A DNA stretch of 64,000 nucleotides from contig OZ243974.1 of NCBI GenBank assembly GCA_965214775.1, positions 32,001 to 96,000 of the forward strand, written 5' to 3'. Source of the DNA: Nitrosopumilus sp. (GTDB lineage: Archaea; Thermoproteota; Nitrososphaeria; Nitrososphaerales; Nitrosopumilaceae). The translations under genes were made by a program, and so were the position numbers. Positions 44,357-54,762 of the stretch are shown here, piece after piece. Position 1 is the first letter of the stretch, and each line of letters opens with the position of its first letter. Under the pieces are notes generated by a model. The model ran no database searches. It saw only the letters and a program-made list of their open reading frames with translations, and had not been told where the DNA came from.

Positions 44357-45624
44357 TGATCTCAGAGAGGCTTTTCAGGGATGCGGATCCTGTAATTGTC
44401 GGGATTTTAGATGACGCCCTGTCAGAAAAGGAGATCTCTGCAAAGCAGGGGGCAGAACTGTACGGGGCAACGGGGGGGCCTGACCTTCATCTCGTGGGAC
44501 TGGTTGCAGACGAGCTTCGGAGAAGAAGGGTCGGAGATGTCGTGACTTATGTGGTGAATAGAAACATCAATTTTACAAATGTCTGCATAAGACAGTGCGG
44601 GTTTTGCGCGTTTAGCAGGGATTTTCGAGAGGATGAAGGGTATCTTCTTCCAAACGAGGAGATCGTCCGAAGGGCAAAAGAGGCGCACCAGATAGGGGCC
44701 ACCGAAGTATGCATCCAGGCAGGACTGCCTCCGGACATGGAAGGGGGGTTGTACGAAAGCATCTGCAGGGACATCAAAAAGGAGATCCCAGAGATTCACA
44801 TTCACGGGTTCTCTCCTGAAGAGATTCTTTATGGCGCATCAAGATCAGGCGTGTCTGTCGAGGAGTTCCTGGGCAGGATGAAGGATGCAGGAGTGGATAC
44901 TTTGCCTGGAACGTCAGCCGAGATTCTGGATCAGGGGCTAAGAGACAAGATTTCCCCTGGAAGGATCAGTGTCAAGGACTGGGAGCGGGTAATCAGAGGA
45001 GCCCACAAAATCGGCATAAACACAACGTCTACAATGATGTTTGGACATTTAGAAACGATCAAGGACAGGACAAGCCACATTGCCAGACTCAGAGACATTC
45101 AAAAGGAGACCGGGGGGTTTACGGAGTTTGTGCCACTGGACTTTGTTCCGTCAGAGGCCCCAATGTACAAGCACCAGCTGCACGAGGGGATCAGAGGGGG
45201 TGCAGACGGCAATGACGTGCTGCTGACCCATGCAGTTGCAAGAATCATGCTAAACAACTTTATTGACAACATACAGATGTCCTGGGTCAAAGAGGGCCAG
45301 AAAATCTCGCAGCTGTTGCTGATGTGGGGGGCAAACGACTTTGGCGGCACCCTGATCAACGAGAGCATATCCACGTCTGCCGGCTCAGACCACGGGCAGC
45401 TGCTCAGGCCAAAGGAGATAAGGAGGATGGCAAGAGAGATCAGAAGAACGCCGGCTCAAAGAGACACAGAGTACGGCATCATTAAAAAATTCGACGCAGA
45501 TGATAAAGTCAAGGAAGGAGAAGAGAAGGGACTAGACAAGGTCACAGACACGTCACGGTTTGGATCTTATGCAGAGCTGATAAAGATCAACAGATTCAAC
45601 TACAGCAATCCCAGGAGAAGGTAG
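44353..45624 (+). CDS. cofH: FO synthase subunit CofH
   Basis: NINFTNVCIRQCGFCAF, PGTSAEIL and GANDFGGTL motifs; ATGA overlap with cofG. Confidence 0.95.
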   Translation: MMISERLFRDADPVIVGILDDALSEKEISAKQGAELYGATGGPDLHLVGLVADELRRRRVGDVVTYVVNRNINFTNVCIRQCGFCAFSRDFREDEGYLLPNEEIVRRAKEAHQIGATEVCIQAGLPPDMEGGLYESICRDIKKEIPEIHIHGFSPEEILYGASRSGVSVEEFLGRMKDAGVDTLPGTSAEILDQGLRDKISPGRISVKDWERVIRGAHKIGINTTSTMMFGHLETIKDRTSHIARLRDIQKETGGFTEFVPLDFVPSEAPMYKHQLHEGIRGGADGNDVLLTHAVARIMLNNFIDNIQMSWVKEGQKISQLLLMWGANDFGGTLINESISTSAGSDHGQLLRPKEIRRMAREIRRTPAQRDTEYGIIKKFDADDKVKEGEEKGLDKVTDTSRFGSYAELIKINRFNYSNPRRR

Positions 45625-46936
45625 ATGCATGCCTCAGAAAAGTGCTTAAACCATTCAAAAAAGCTGGGAGTTGACGAGTGTGAAATTGTCGAGCTGAAAA
45701 AGAACATCACAACTGTAAGAATAACGGATTCGGAGATTGCCGAAGTCAAGCAGAATTTTGATGTGAGTTACGGAATAAGAATCATTCATGAGAAAAAAAT
45801 CGCGTCAATAAAGACAGCAGACCAAGATAATATTCCAAACGCGATCAGCAATTCGATGAGGAGTATGAACTGCATGAAGAAAAGGGAGTTTTGGAAAGGA
45901 CTGCCATCAAAATCCAGTTTTGGCAAAATTCATGGAACGTTTGATGGGAGACTAGACGAAATTTCAGGAACAAAGGCAGCAGACATTGCTCAAAACATGA
46001 TAAATTCTACACTCGATCAAAAAATCACGTCAGTTACGGGTTCGCTAAACGTTGTCTCTGAGAGTTTTGAGCTGTCAAATTCGTGCGGATTGCGCCTGGA
46101 TGAAAGATCAACGTACATCTCGGCAATAATCAATGCAGAGTCAGAGAGAGGCAGTACAGTTCCGGTTTCAGGAATGGGTCATGCAAGCGGCAGGACGCTT
46201 GATGGTTTTTGTCCGGAGCAGGTGGGAGAGGATGCCAAAGCCATGTGTCTGGAATCCATAAATCCTCAAATGGTGGATTCTGGAGAATATTCGATAATCT
46301 TTGAGCCGTATTCGGCAGGAGAACTGCTGGCCTTTGTTGTTGCGCCGAATTTTAGCTTCAAGACATTTTCAGAGAAGAGGAGCTGTTTTGCAGATGATCT
46401 CCAAAAAGAGATTGCGATAGACGGCTTTAGCTTGACTGATGATCCCCACATTCCAGGAGGAGTCGGCTCAAGGGCCTTTGATGATGAGGGGGTCAGAACA
46501 AAACCGCAGAAACTGATTGAGTGCGGAATCTTCAGGAACACCTACGCAAATTTGTATGACGGCTACAAGGGAGGTTTTACGTCTACTGGAAACGGGTCAA
46601 GGGCAGGCTCGCCGATGGGCAGAAGTTCAGAGCCAATACCTGTCTCGGCTCCGCATAATTTGAAAATAGAGGGCAGCGACGGATCATCATCATCATCATC
46701 ACAAGAGGAGATGATAAAAGACACAAAGAAGGGAATCCTTGTAAGCAGGCTATGGTATACCTATCCGGTAAATCCGATCAGGGGAGACTTTTCATGCACT
46801 GCAAGAAGCGGGGTCAGAATCATCAGGGACGGGAAAGTTGCAGGCCCAGGAAAGTCAGTCAGAATCATCCACAATCTTCGAACAATGCTCAAAAACATCT
46901 CGTCAATAGGCGGCAATCAGCAAAACGTGATCCAGT

Positions 46937-48492
46937 AGACTTTATGCGTAATCGACCGTGATTAAAAATTCCGTAGGCTTTTCCAAACGCAAATGCGCTG
47001 ATCGGATCAAATTACCGCATGCATCTCGTGTCATGACGCACGTAAAAGTCAGTTGCGCCAAAAGAACGTGCGCAACCATGCAGCACGGCAATGTGCCCCG
47101 CTGACAAGTCAGAAAGAATGGCGGTCCGTACCGCCGTATGTCATGTGTCTGGCAGCAGATGCAGCTGCTGCAGCAGCCGGCCGTAGTGTTTTTTCCTTTT
47201 CAACATCGTCTTGAGGTTCTCAAGACCCGTGATTATCTGCATGAAATAGTTTAGATCCTTGGCAGTTCCGCCAAACGGCATGGTAAGAATGCCATATCTT
47301 TTGAGCCGCCCTATGTGGTGCTCCACCCTGACGCGAACCCTGCTTATCTGCTTGCGGCGCCTCTTTTGCGTTGCAGTAAGATCCCCGTCCCTGGGCTTCT
47401 TTGGGGGCTGCCTGTGTATGGCGCCCGGAAGCATCTTTTGAATGCCCTCAAATCCCAGGTCGCTGTAAATCACAAACGCCTCTTCCGGATCGTCTGCGTT
47501 TTTTGCATTCCTCATTGATCCGGTGTGCCTTCCAAAGTCCGGGCCGCCCCCTGCGTTCATCACGCCCTTGTCGTTGACGCTTCCGTCCACAGTCTTGCCG
47601 CAGTGCAGTATGAGGCCGTCCAGGTTCGAGGTAATTATTGTGTTGAACATGTGCCGCTTTTTTCTTCCCGAGTATCTGGTCTTTCTTGCGGTCCTGTCCC
47701 CGGGCCTGTCTACCGGAGTCAGGGTGCCGTCAATCAGGAGCGTCTTTTTTGGGATCAGCACCTCCTCCAGCTTGCCTGCCGGGGTCTTGCAGATGATGCT
47801 TGTTAGCTTTTCGGAGGCAGGCAGGAGCCGGCGCAGTAACACGGCACCGTACCGGAGGTACCTGGACATTGTGGACTGGTCGACGTCAAATGTCGCGGCC
47901 AGATGATGCTGCGTTGCCTTGGTCCTTATGCTCATGAGTACTGCAAGCAGCGCGTGCCTGATGTACAGCTTGCACCGGTTTCCGGCATCGCCGCCTCTTA
48001 CGTCGTCCTCCCAGAACAGGGGTCTGTCCTCGTCGTCCATGACTTCTTCCGTAAAGCGCTCCAGTATGATCGTAAATGACTCCTTTGTGCATCCCGTGAC
48101 GTTGCAAAGGCGCACCGGATCGCCGATTATGCCGTCTGCAACCTCGATTGCGTGCATCCGCAGAGGCGTCCCGCCGCGCACGACTCTTTTTGTCTTGTTT
48201 TCTTCGGACTGCCACAGCGAGTCCTCAAACGCAAGCTGCTTCCTCATACGCTCGTTTTGCTTGGACATCTGTTTGTTTTGCTTGGATACCTGCTCGTGTT
48301 GCTCGACTAGCATCTCGTGTTGCTCGACTAGCATCTCGTGTTGCGCTTGTAACGCTTGAAATGCTTGGAGAGTCTTGTCATTTGAGCCCATACAGTTAGG
48401 GAATCATACAGATCTTTAGGGTTGTTGGTGTGCAAATAATGATCTATTGTGTCGTATTTTTAGATCAGATGGGCCGATTACGCATAAAGTCT
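46937..48492 (-). mobile_element. IS5-family (ISL2/Harbinger-like) element
   Basis: TIRs AGACTTTATGCGTAATCG; 3-bp TSD AGT. Confidence 0.92.
47141..48391 (-). CDS. IS5-like DDE transposase
   Basis: HTH LAATFDVDQSTMSR; LIDGT, YSGRKKRH, SDLGFEG and RVRVEHHIGRLK motifs. Confidence 0.93.
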   Translation of the reverse strand: MGSNDKTLQAFQALQAQHEMLVEQHEMLVEQHEQVSKQNKQMSKQNERMRKQLAFEDSLWQSEENKTKRVVRGGTPLRMHAIEVADGIIGDPVRLCNVTGCTKESFTIILERFTEEVMDDEDRPLFWEDDVRGGDAGNRCKLYIRHALLAVLMSIRTKATQHHLAATFDVDQSTMSRYLRYGAVLLRRLLPASEKLTSIICKTPAGKLEEVLIPKKTLLIDGTLTPVDRPGDRTARKTRYSGRKKRHMFNTIITSNLDGLILHCGKTVDGSVNDKGVMNAGGGPDFGRHTGSMRNAKNADDPEEAFVIYSDLGFEGIQKMLPGAIHRQPPKKPRDGDLTATQKRRRKQISRVRVRVEHHIGRLKRYGILTMPFGGTAKDLNYFMQIITGLENLKTMLKRKKHYGRLLQQLHLLPDT

Positions 48493-48619
48493 AGTGGGCA
48501 TCCCTGCCTTCAGTTACCCCCTCAATAAAGGCAGAAAAAATCTTTGTAAATCCAATATGACAGGCACAGACTATCAGTCTTTGCAGACATGCGTCACGGC
48601 AGCACCAAAGGAGCGGTTT

Positions 48620-48870
48620 GTAGGAGTCAAGCGTCGATTCAAAGTTGGCAGATTTGGATCATGCATAAACTAACTTGCACCAAACAGATCAATTCCTGTA
48701 AAACGCATGTTGTCTGTGAGATTATAGTAATGAGCAGAAATAATCAAGGTTTTTTACGTGTAGTTATGACCTGTTTTGACTCAAAGACTTCTGCCCGCTG
48801 CTATACTTTACAAACGTATCAAAAAAACCGGGTATTTTTTGCACGGTCTCCAATTTCGGATCACCTCTGC
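48620..48870. mobile_element. MITE family C, long degenerate copy
   Basis: Shares TGTTTTGACTCAAAGACTTCTGCCCG with 50886-51109 and has the right TIR AATTTCGGATCACCTCT. Confidence 0.6.
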
Positions 48871-49121
48871 AGTATATGGGACAAACGCCGCAGCTCGTGC
48901 GCCCGGCACAGTCGGCACTTGTCCCCGGATCGAGTCACCATCACCGTCACCATCACTACTCCCCGCCTCCTCATTCTCCTCACCCTCACCCTCACCCTCA
49001 CCCTCATCCTCCACTCCGCCACCCAAGCACAACATCTGTCTGAGGCGACAAAAGACAAGCAGCCTCGCACTAGCAGTAGCCATGTTAAATGTTAATATGT
49101 AAACGCCAAACCACATCAGTC

Positions 49122-49538
49122 ATGGATATGAATAAAATTCTCGTGCCCGTGGATGGTTCAAAAAAGTCCTTTGAGGCCCTGGATCGCGCACTGACCCTGG
49201 CTGGATTCACCCACGGCCAGGTTACTGCAATACATATAATCCCACACGTTCTTGCAGGCGGCTCTAGAACCAAAGACTTTGACAGGAACGTTCGTCAGGA
49301 TGCCGAAATCATTCTAAAAAAGGCAGAAAAAAGGGCAGGAAACAAGGATGTAAAATTCAAAACCAAGATTCTAAGGGGATCCCCCGGATACGAGGCAGTG
49401 GCCCTGGCCAGAAAGGGACATTTTGATCACATTGTAATGAGTACGACCGGCAGTGGCTCTGCCACCGGAGACATGCTGGGAAGCGTCTCTAACTTTATAC
49501 TGCACAAATCAAAAATCCCGGTATACCTTATCAAGTAA
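49122..49538 (+). CDS. Universal stress protein
   Basis: KILVPVDGS and LGSVSNFILHKSKIPVYLIK motifs. Confidence 0.93.
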   Translation: MDMNKILVPVDGSKKSFEALDRALTLAGFTHGQVTAIHIIPHVLAGGSRTKDFDRNVRQDAEIILKKAEKRAGNKDVKFKTKILRGSPGYEAVALARKGHFDHIVMSTTGSGSATGDMLGSVSNFILHKSKIPVYLIK

Positions 49539-49556
49539 CCAAGGAATGGAAAAGAA

Positions 49557-50408
49557 ATGACAGAAATCTCCTCTCTAATGAACGGGCCAGTAACAATAGA
49601 AGGCGGGGCGTCGCTTTCAAACGCCATAACCAGACTGCTGAGCAGGCAGATCAGCCGCTTGCTTGTAACTGAGGACGGCTCCCACGCAGGCATCATCACC
49701 GAAAAGGACATCGGAGGCTTCCTACTGAACGATGATTCTGAGAAAAACCTGGATGACATTCCGGTTTCAAAGATAATGAAAAAAACTGTCTTGGTTCCTG
49801 CCTCCTCTACTGTCCCGGAATGTGCAAAAACCATGCTGGAAAAAAACATCGGATCCCTGGGAGTATCTGCAGACAACAGGCAGGTAGCCGGAATAGTGAC
49901 AAAGACCGATCTTGTGCGCCATTATGCAGAAAATTATTCTGGCAGGCACAGAGTAGGCGACGTAATGACGGCCTCTTACATACGGCAAAATTCCAGTGAC
50001 TCCCTAAAGAACGTCGTATCTGCCATGGTTGAAAACAGGATATCTAGGATTTTCATACAGAACAACGGCAGCATCGAGGGAATCATCACGTTTCGTGACT
50101 TGTTCAACATCGCACTAGAGCAGGGTAACACCGATTCTGTGTTGGATGACTCTGATCCTGCAATATCCGTAGTCTTTACACGGAAAGGGTTTCTTTCGGA
50201 ATCCGGCTTTGGCAGCACCATGCGTGCAAGTGACGTCATGACCAGAAACGTAGAATCCGTCGGTTTTGAAGTGGATCTGGCAGCTGCATGCAAGGCCATG
50301 ATCCGGGAAAAAATTAATGGCATGGGAGTCATAATAGAAGGCAAGTTGGGCGGAACGGTGAGCAAAACCGACGTGTTAAAGGCAATCTACATGGACGGCA
50401 GCTTCTGA
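49557..50408 (+). CDS. CBS-domain protein (four CBS repeats)
   Basis: GIITEKDI, GIVTKTDL, GIITFRDL and GTVSKTDV repeats. Confidence 0.92.
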   Translation: MTEISSLMNGPVTIEGGASLSNAITRLLSRQISRLLVTEDGSHAGIITEKDIGGFLLNDDSEKNLDDIPVSKIMKKTVLVPASSTVPECAKTMLEKNIGSLGVSADNRQVAGIVTKTDLVRHYAENYSGRHRVGDVMTASYIRQNSSDSLKNVVSAMVENRISRIFIQNNGSIEGIITFRDLFNIALEQGNTDSVLDDSDPAISVVFTRKGFLSESGFGSTMRASDVMTRNVESVGFEVDLAAACKAMIREKINGMGVIIEGKLGGTVSKTDVLKAIYMDGSF

Positions 50409-50518
50409 TAGATGAGACCTGCGTTTGATCACTTGTCAGATACGGATTTTTTTCATGCATGGCAAAATTTGAAAGGGTTCCTCCCGGCGGCCCTGCAAGC
50501 TTGTAAGGGGGTTGGATG

Positions 50519-50736
50519 GGGATTGTTTCCTAATTTGCCAGAATTCCTGAAAACCGCTGGGATGCCACATGGATCAGGCGTGCAAAAGGGCGAAAATTCA
50601 GAAAAACATGCAGACAGAGTCAGGCAGGTGTAGTGCGTGCAGTTGAAAATGGAATGTTTTTTTGGCAAAACAGGCACGATGTGTCAAAATCATATTCCAT
50701 TTTTTGATGTTGGCACTGGGATTAGGAAACAACCCC
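50519..50736. mobile_element. MITE family B containing a nested family A MITE (50631-50718)
   Basis: B termini with flanks ggttggatg / ggctggatg; A element inserted just before the right TIR. Confidence 0.82.
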
Positions 50737-50885
50737 GGCTGGATGAGGCCATCCCAACTGCAAGAGCCGCCGGCGCAGGAATTACAGGATGTTGCTCTTT
50801 TCACCTTCCAAAACTGACAGGCACCGTATTCAAGGGTGGCCGGATTCGTGACGATGCAGTAGGTGACGTGCGGGAGCTGCAGGCC

Positions 50886-51109
50886 CCTGAGAGATGATTC
50901 GAAATCAAAAGCCGTACGAATTTTTCAGGTGACTTTACAAACACAGCAACGCTCACAATTAATCGAGGTCTTTCACGGGCAATCTGACCATGTTTTGACT
51001 CAAAGACTTCTGCCCGTTGCCATAACTTGCATTTTGTTGGTGTTTTGAGCCGTTTCATGCAAATTCGTTCACAAATAATGAGTTTGCCGATTTCGAATCA
51101 TCTCTCAGG
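50886..51109. mobile_element. MITE family C, long form
   Basis: TIRs CCTGAGAGATGATTCGAAATC...GATTTCGAATCATCTCTCAGG. Confidence 0.85.
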
Positions 51110-51139
51110 TTGTATGTTTTTCAACTGCTCCAATCATCA

Positions 51140-52111
51140 TCAGCGGAAAAATGTTACTGCCAAGTAGGCCACGTAGCCTATTGCCATACATGCGCCCGTG
51201 GCACGTCCTATCATTCCTCCCGTCTTTATTGCAATCAAGATGGACATTCCAAACAGAATCATGATTGTATAATCCACATAGACATCAGCAGAGATCACCA
51301 CTCCTCCCAACACTGCACCGACTCCCATGATCATCAAAACGTTGTAGATATTGCTTCCGATGATGTTTCCAATTCCGATGTCGGTGTGGCCTTTTCGAAT
51401 GGCCATGATTGACGTGATTAATTCAGGAAGGGAAGTTCCGATTGCAATCACGGTAAGGCCGATAATTTTTTCAGACAGGCCGAATTCTTTTGCCAAAACC
51501 ACCGCATTGTCCACAGTCAAAAATGCGCCAACGTAAAGAAAGCCCATTCCAAGTCCAATCAAACCAATCGATTTTAGGTAAAGATTGTTTTTTTCAGGCG
51601 CGGACGGCTCGTCTTCAGGTTTGCTCTCTCGCCGTCTCATTGCATGTCTGAAAGTGTAAGCAGCAAAGACTCCCAGCCCTGCAAGGAGTAAGAATCCGTC
51701 ATATTGGGTCAGATGACCGTCAACAGAAATTGCAACAAGCAGCAAAGAGACTCCCAGCATTATAGGAATCTCTTTTCTTAGAACGGATTTTTGGACTGCA
51801 AGCGGGGCCAAAATGGCTGCAATTCCAATCACCATTCCGACATTTGCAATGTTGCTGCCCACAATATTTCCCAAGATAATTGCACTATGCTCGCCTGCAG
51901 CAGCTATGCTTGCTGCAAGCTCCGGAGTTGATGTGCCATATGCCACTATGGTCATGCCGATTACCAGATTGCTGATTCTGAATCTTCTTGCAATTGATGC
52001 ACCACCGCCAACCAGCCAGTTGCCTCCAAAGCACAGCATTGCCAATCCGACTGCCGTCAGGGCAGCACTTGCTGCTATTGCCGATACTGCTGCTGCTGGT
52101 TCCACAAGCAA
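51140..52111 (-). CDS. Calcium/sodium antiporter (CaCA, YrbG-like)
   Basis: Two alpha-repeats: GTSTPEL...GNIVGSNIAN and GTSLPEL...GNIIGSNIYN. Confidence 0.93.
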   Translation of the reverse strand: MLVEPAAAVSAIAASAALTAVGLAMLCFGGNWLVGGGASIARRFRISNLVIGMTIVAYGTSTPELAASIAAAGEHSAIILGNIVGSNIANVGMVIGIAAILAPLAVQKSVLRKEIPIMLGVSLLLVAISVDGHLTQYDGFLLLAGLGVFAAYTFRHAMRRRESKPEDEPSAPEKNNLYLKSIGLIGLGMGFLYVGAFLTVDNAVVLAKEFGLSEKIIGLTVIAIGTSLPELITSIMAIRKGHTDIGIGNIIGSNIYNVLMIMGVGAVLGGVVISADVYVDYTIMILFGMSILIAIKTGGMIGRATGACMAIGYVAYLAVTFFR

Positions 52112-52297
52112 ATTTGAGAGATTGCCAGTTTAAAGGAGACGATATGCTATAATTTCACAATTATGACAAGTCAAGCTCATTTGGAGCCGGGTTTCAGGCA
52201 CAAGACCGACAGGTGATTTCCACCAAACTGTCTTGTTGTGATTCTTCTGAGGAATAAAATGAACGGGTAAAATCAGCGACTTTTAACCAGTCAGAAT

Positions 52298-52376
52298 GGA
52301 TCTTGTGCGTATTTGCCAAAAATGACGTAAAAACTGCCTGATTTTTTTTTTGATCTGTGCCGATTACGCAAAGTCT
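52298..52376. mobile_element. IS5-derived MITE
   Basis: Right end CGATTACGCAAAGTCT resembles the IS5 TIR; AAT duplicated on both sides; homolog at 60262-60442. Confidence 0.8.
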
Positions 52377-52641
52377 AATGGGTTGCGTGCTAATGAAGAA
52401 TAGTTTGCCAGAGCTCGTTTATCAGAATGGCAATCAATGATTATGTCATGTTCGGCAGCAGGGGGTTTTTCAGGAGCGATCTTGCATGTTAAATTTGCGC
52501 AAAATTCCCGTTTTTGCAAGGCATGACGGCAAACAGATGTTTTAATGTCATCGCCCAAAAACAGTGTTGGTTCCACGCCGTCTTTTTGCCCTCTTTTGCC
52601 ATTATTTGCAACACCTGCAAAACAGACATCAGAATCCAAAT

Positions 52642-53955
52642 CTAAGACTTCTTCTTCTTTCTAAAGATTTCATCGCTTTCTTGAAGGTCGTCTGTGTACT
52701 CGTCCATGTCAAGCATGAACTCTTCCTCCTCGGAGTACGCCGACTCGGCATGCTCGCTGATATCCAATCCCATATCCTCGACTTCCGGCGAGACCCTGAT
52801 TCCGATCAGGTGTTTGATCACCTGCATCAGAATCCACGTTCCCCCAAACCCAATTGCGGCAGCCACACCGACGCCGACGGCCTGGATCCACAGCTGGTCA
52901 GGATTGCCAAACAAAAGGCCGTCAACGCCATCAGAATTAATCATGGTGCTTGCAAATATGCCGATTGCAAGAGAGCCTACAATTCCGGCAACGCCGTGGA
53001 CGGAGCTGACATCAAGTGCATCATCAATCCTTAGCTTCTCTTTGAACAATACAACACCAGAGTATGAGATTACGCCTATTGCAATTCCGATAACAAATGC
53101 GTGTTCGGCACTGACAAACCCAGATGCGGGGGTAATTCCGGCAAGTCCGGCAATTGCGCCGTTGATTGTTGCAACAACAGACGGCTTTCCGGTCCTTATC
53201 CACGAGAGTCCCGCCCAGATCAGGGCAGAGACAGACGAGGCCATATGAGTGACAATTACGGTGTTGCCTGCAACGCCGCCGGATGCTGCCAAGGCACTTC
53301 CGGCGTTAAAGCCAAACCAGCCCAGCCAGAGCAGGGAAGAGCCAAGCACTGCAAGCGGTATGCTGTGAGGAATCATTATGGCAGGGCCATAGTTTCTTCT
53401 TCTGCCCAATACAAGTGCGGCTGCCAACGCGGACATGCCGACGCTGGTGTGAATGACTATGCCGCCGGCAAAGTCCACCACTCCCATTTGGGCCAACCAG
53501 CCACCGCCCCATACCCAGTGTACGAGCGGATAGTAGATCAGGATGGACCATGCAGATATGAATATGATAAAGGAGCTGAACTTCATCCTTTCGGCAATGG
53601 TTCCTGTGAGAAGCAGCGGAGTAATGCACGCAAACATCAACTGGAATTTTACAAACAACACCCCGGGAATTGTCGGGGCAAAGTCCAGGGAATCATCAGA
53701 GGGAACGCCCTTGAGAAATGTCCATCGCATGTCTCCAACCAAGCCGTGTTCTGAAGGGCTAAACGACAGGCTAAATCCAAAGACAAACCACATCACGCTA
53801 AGCAATGCCAGGCCAAAGAAGATCTGCATGAAGATTGATGCGGCGTTCTTTTTTCGCAAAAGTCCTGATTCAAAGAGGCCCAATGCAGGGATCATTAGCA
53901 GCACAAGGCTTCCGGCAACCAGCATCCATGCTGTATCCCCGGAATCAAGAACCAT
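52642..53955 (-). CDS. amt: Ammonium transporter (Amt family)
   Basis: DSGDTAW, FQLMFA, DFAGGIVIH, WLGWFGFNAGS and DDALDVSSVHG motifs. Confidence 0.97.
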   Translation of the reverse strand: MVLDSGDTAWMLVAGSLVLLMIPALGLFESGLLRKKNAASIFMQIFFGLALLSVMWFVFGFSLSFSPSEHGLVGDMRWTFLKGVPSDDSLDFAPTIPGVLFVKFQLMFACITPLLLTGTIAERMKFSSFIIFISAWSILIYYPLVHWVWGGGWLAQMGVVDFAGGIVIHTSVGMSALAAALVLGRRRNYGPAIMIPHSIPLAVLGSSLLWLGWFGFNAGSALAASGGVAGNTVIVTHMASSVSALIWAGLSWIRTGKPSVVATINGAIAGLAGITPASGFVSAEHAFVIGIAIGVISYSGVVLFKEKLRIDDALDVSSVHGVAGIVGSLAIGIFASTMINSDGVDGLLFGNPDQLWIQAVGVGVAAAIGFGGTWILMQVIKHLIGIRVSPEVEDMGLDISEHAESAYSEEEEFMLDMDEYTDDLQESDEIFRKKKKS

Positions 53956-54072
53956 TGAAAAAAACAGATCATCCCAAATTAATAATGGTGACTGAATTTG
54001 ATTAGCAAATGACCACCATTTGAACATCAAAATCAGAAATTATATTTGTAAAGGGGATACAGTGAAAATCAA

Positions 54073-54402
54073 ATGTTAAAGTTCGAAGTAATTCTTGGCA
54101 ACAACGATGTCATGTCAATTAGCGAGGCATTAAAGAATATAGGAATAGGCGGCCTCACAGTATCAAAAGTAAGAGGAAGGGGCAGAAATCCAGGTCCGGA
54201 GATTCACGCCTCAAAAGGCAGTGAGATTTTTGTCCCTCAATTCAGCGACAAATACAAGATGGAGGCAATTGTTTCTGAAGAAAAAGAGGACAAGGTGATT
54301 TCAATCATAAAGGAAAACGGAAGGGTGGGGAAGATCTTTGTTTCACAGATTTTACGTGCAGTAGACATCGCAACAGGACGCGAAGGCGACGAGACAATCT
54401 AA
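54073..54402 (+). CDS. PII-family nitrogen regulatory protein
   Basis: GLTVSKVRGRG and GKIFVS motifs; divergent from amt. Confidence 0.92.
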   Translation: MLKFEVILGNNDVMSISEALKNIGIGGLTVSKVRGRGRNPGPEIHASKGSEIFVPQFSDKYKMEAIVSEEKEDKVISIIKENGRVGKIFVSQILRAVDIATGREGDETI

Positions 54403-54562
54403 GGAAGAGGAATGGGAGGCATCACATCACCATCATCATGAACCTGCGAAAAAGCAAACTGTTTCACAGAGAAAAGATGCAGCCCATCAGGCCCAGAGAT
54501 TACCCAAAAATCGCCGCGATTTGCGCAATAACTGTTATACCGCCCGTTCTCCTGCTTTTGTT

Positions 54563-54658
54563 ATGAAAGTTTCCAAAATATCAATTGCCAAATTGATTAT
54601 GGCTGCAGTCGGCCTGACATTGGTTGGAGTGTGGTTGTTTTCAGATTATCTTTTCTAG
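54563..54658 (+). CDS. Putative 31-aa single-TM peptide (not in the ORF track)
   Basis: MKVSKISIAKLIMAAVGLTLVGVWLFSDYLF*; TTATA-like element ~25 nt upstream. Confidence 0.5.
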   Translation: MKVSKISIAKLIMAAVGLTLVGVWLFSDYLF

Positions 54659-54667
54659 AGATTAGAG

Positions 54668-54760
54668 GTACGAGGTCACCTACCATCATCAGTTAGGCAT
54701 GAATTAGCATGAATGATTGTGATCCTTGTGCCTAGCTAGCAAGGGGACGTGACCACATAC
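54668..54760. mobile_element. IS66-type MITE (family 66c)
   Basis: GTA...TAC termini; exact 8-bp TSD GATTAGAG at 54660-54667 and 54761-54768. Confidence 0.8.
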
Positions 54761-54762
54761 GA

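Larger units (their letters stand above)
45625..48560 (+). pseudogene. TldD/PmbA-family protein interrupted by an IS5-like element 21 codons before its end
   Basis: FDDEGV and NPIRGDFS motifs; the frame resumes after the IS as WASLPSVTPSIKAEKIFVNPI* (48495-48560). Confidence 0.88.
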
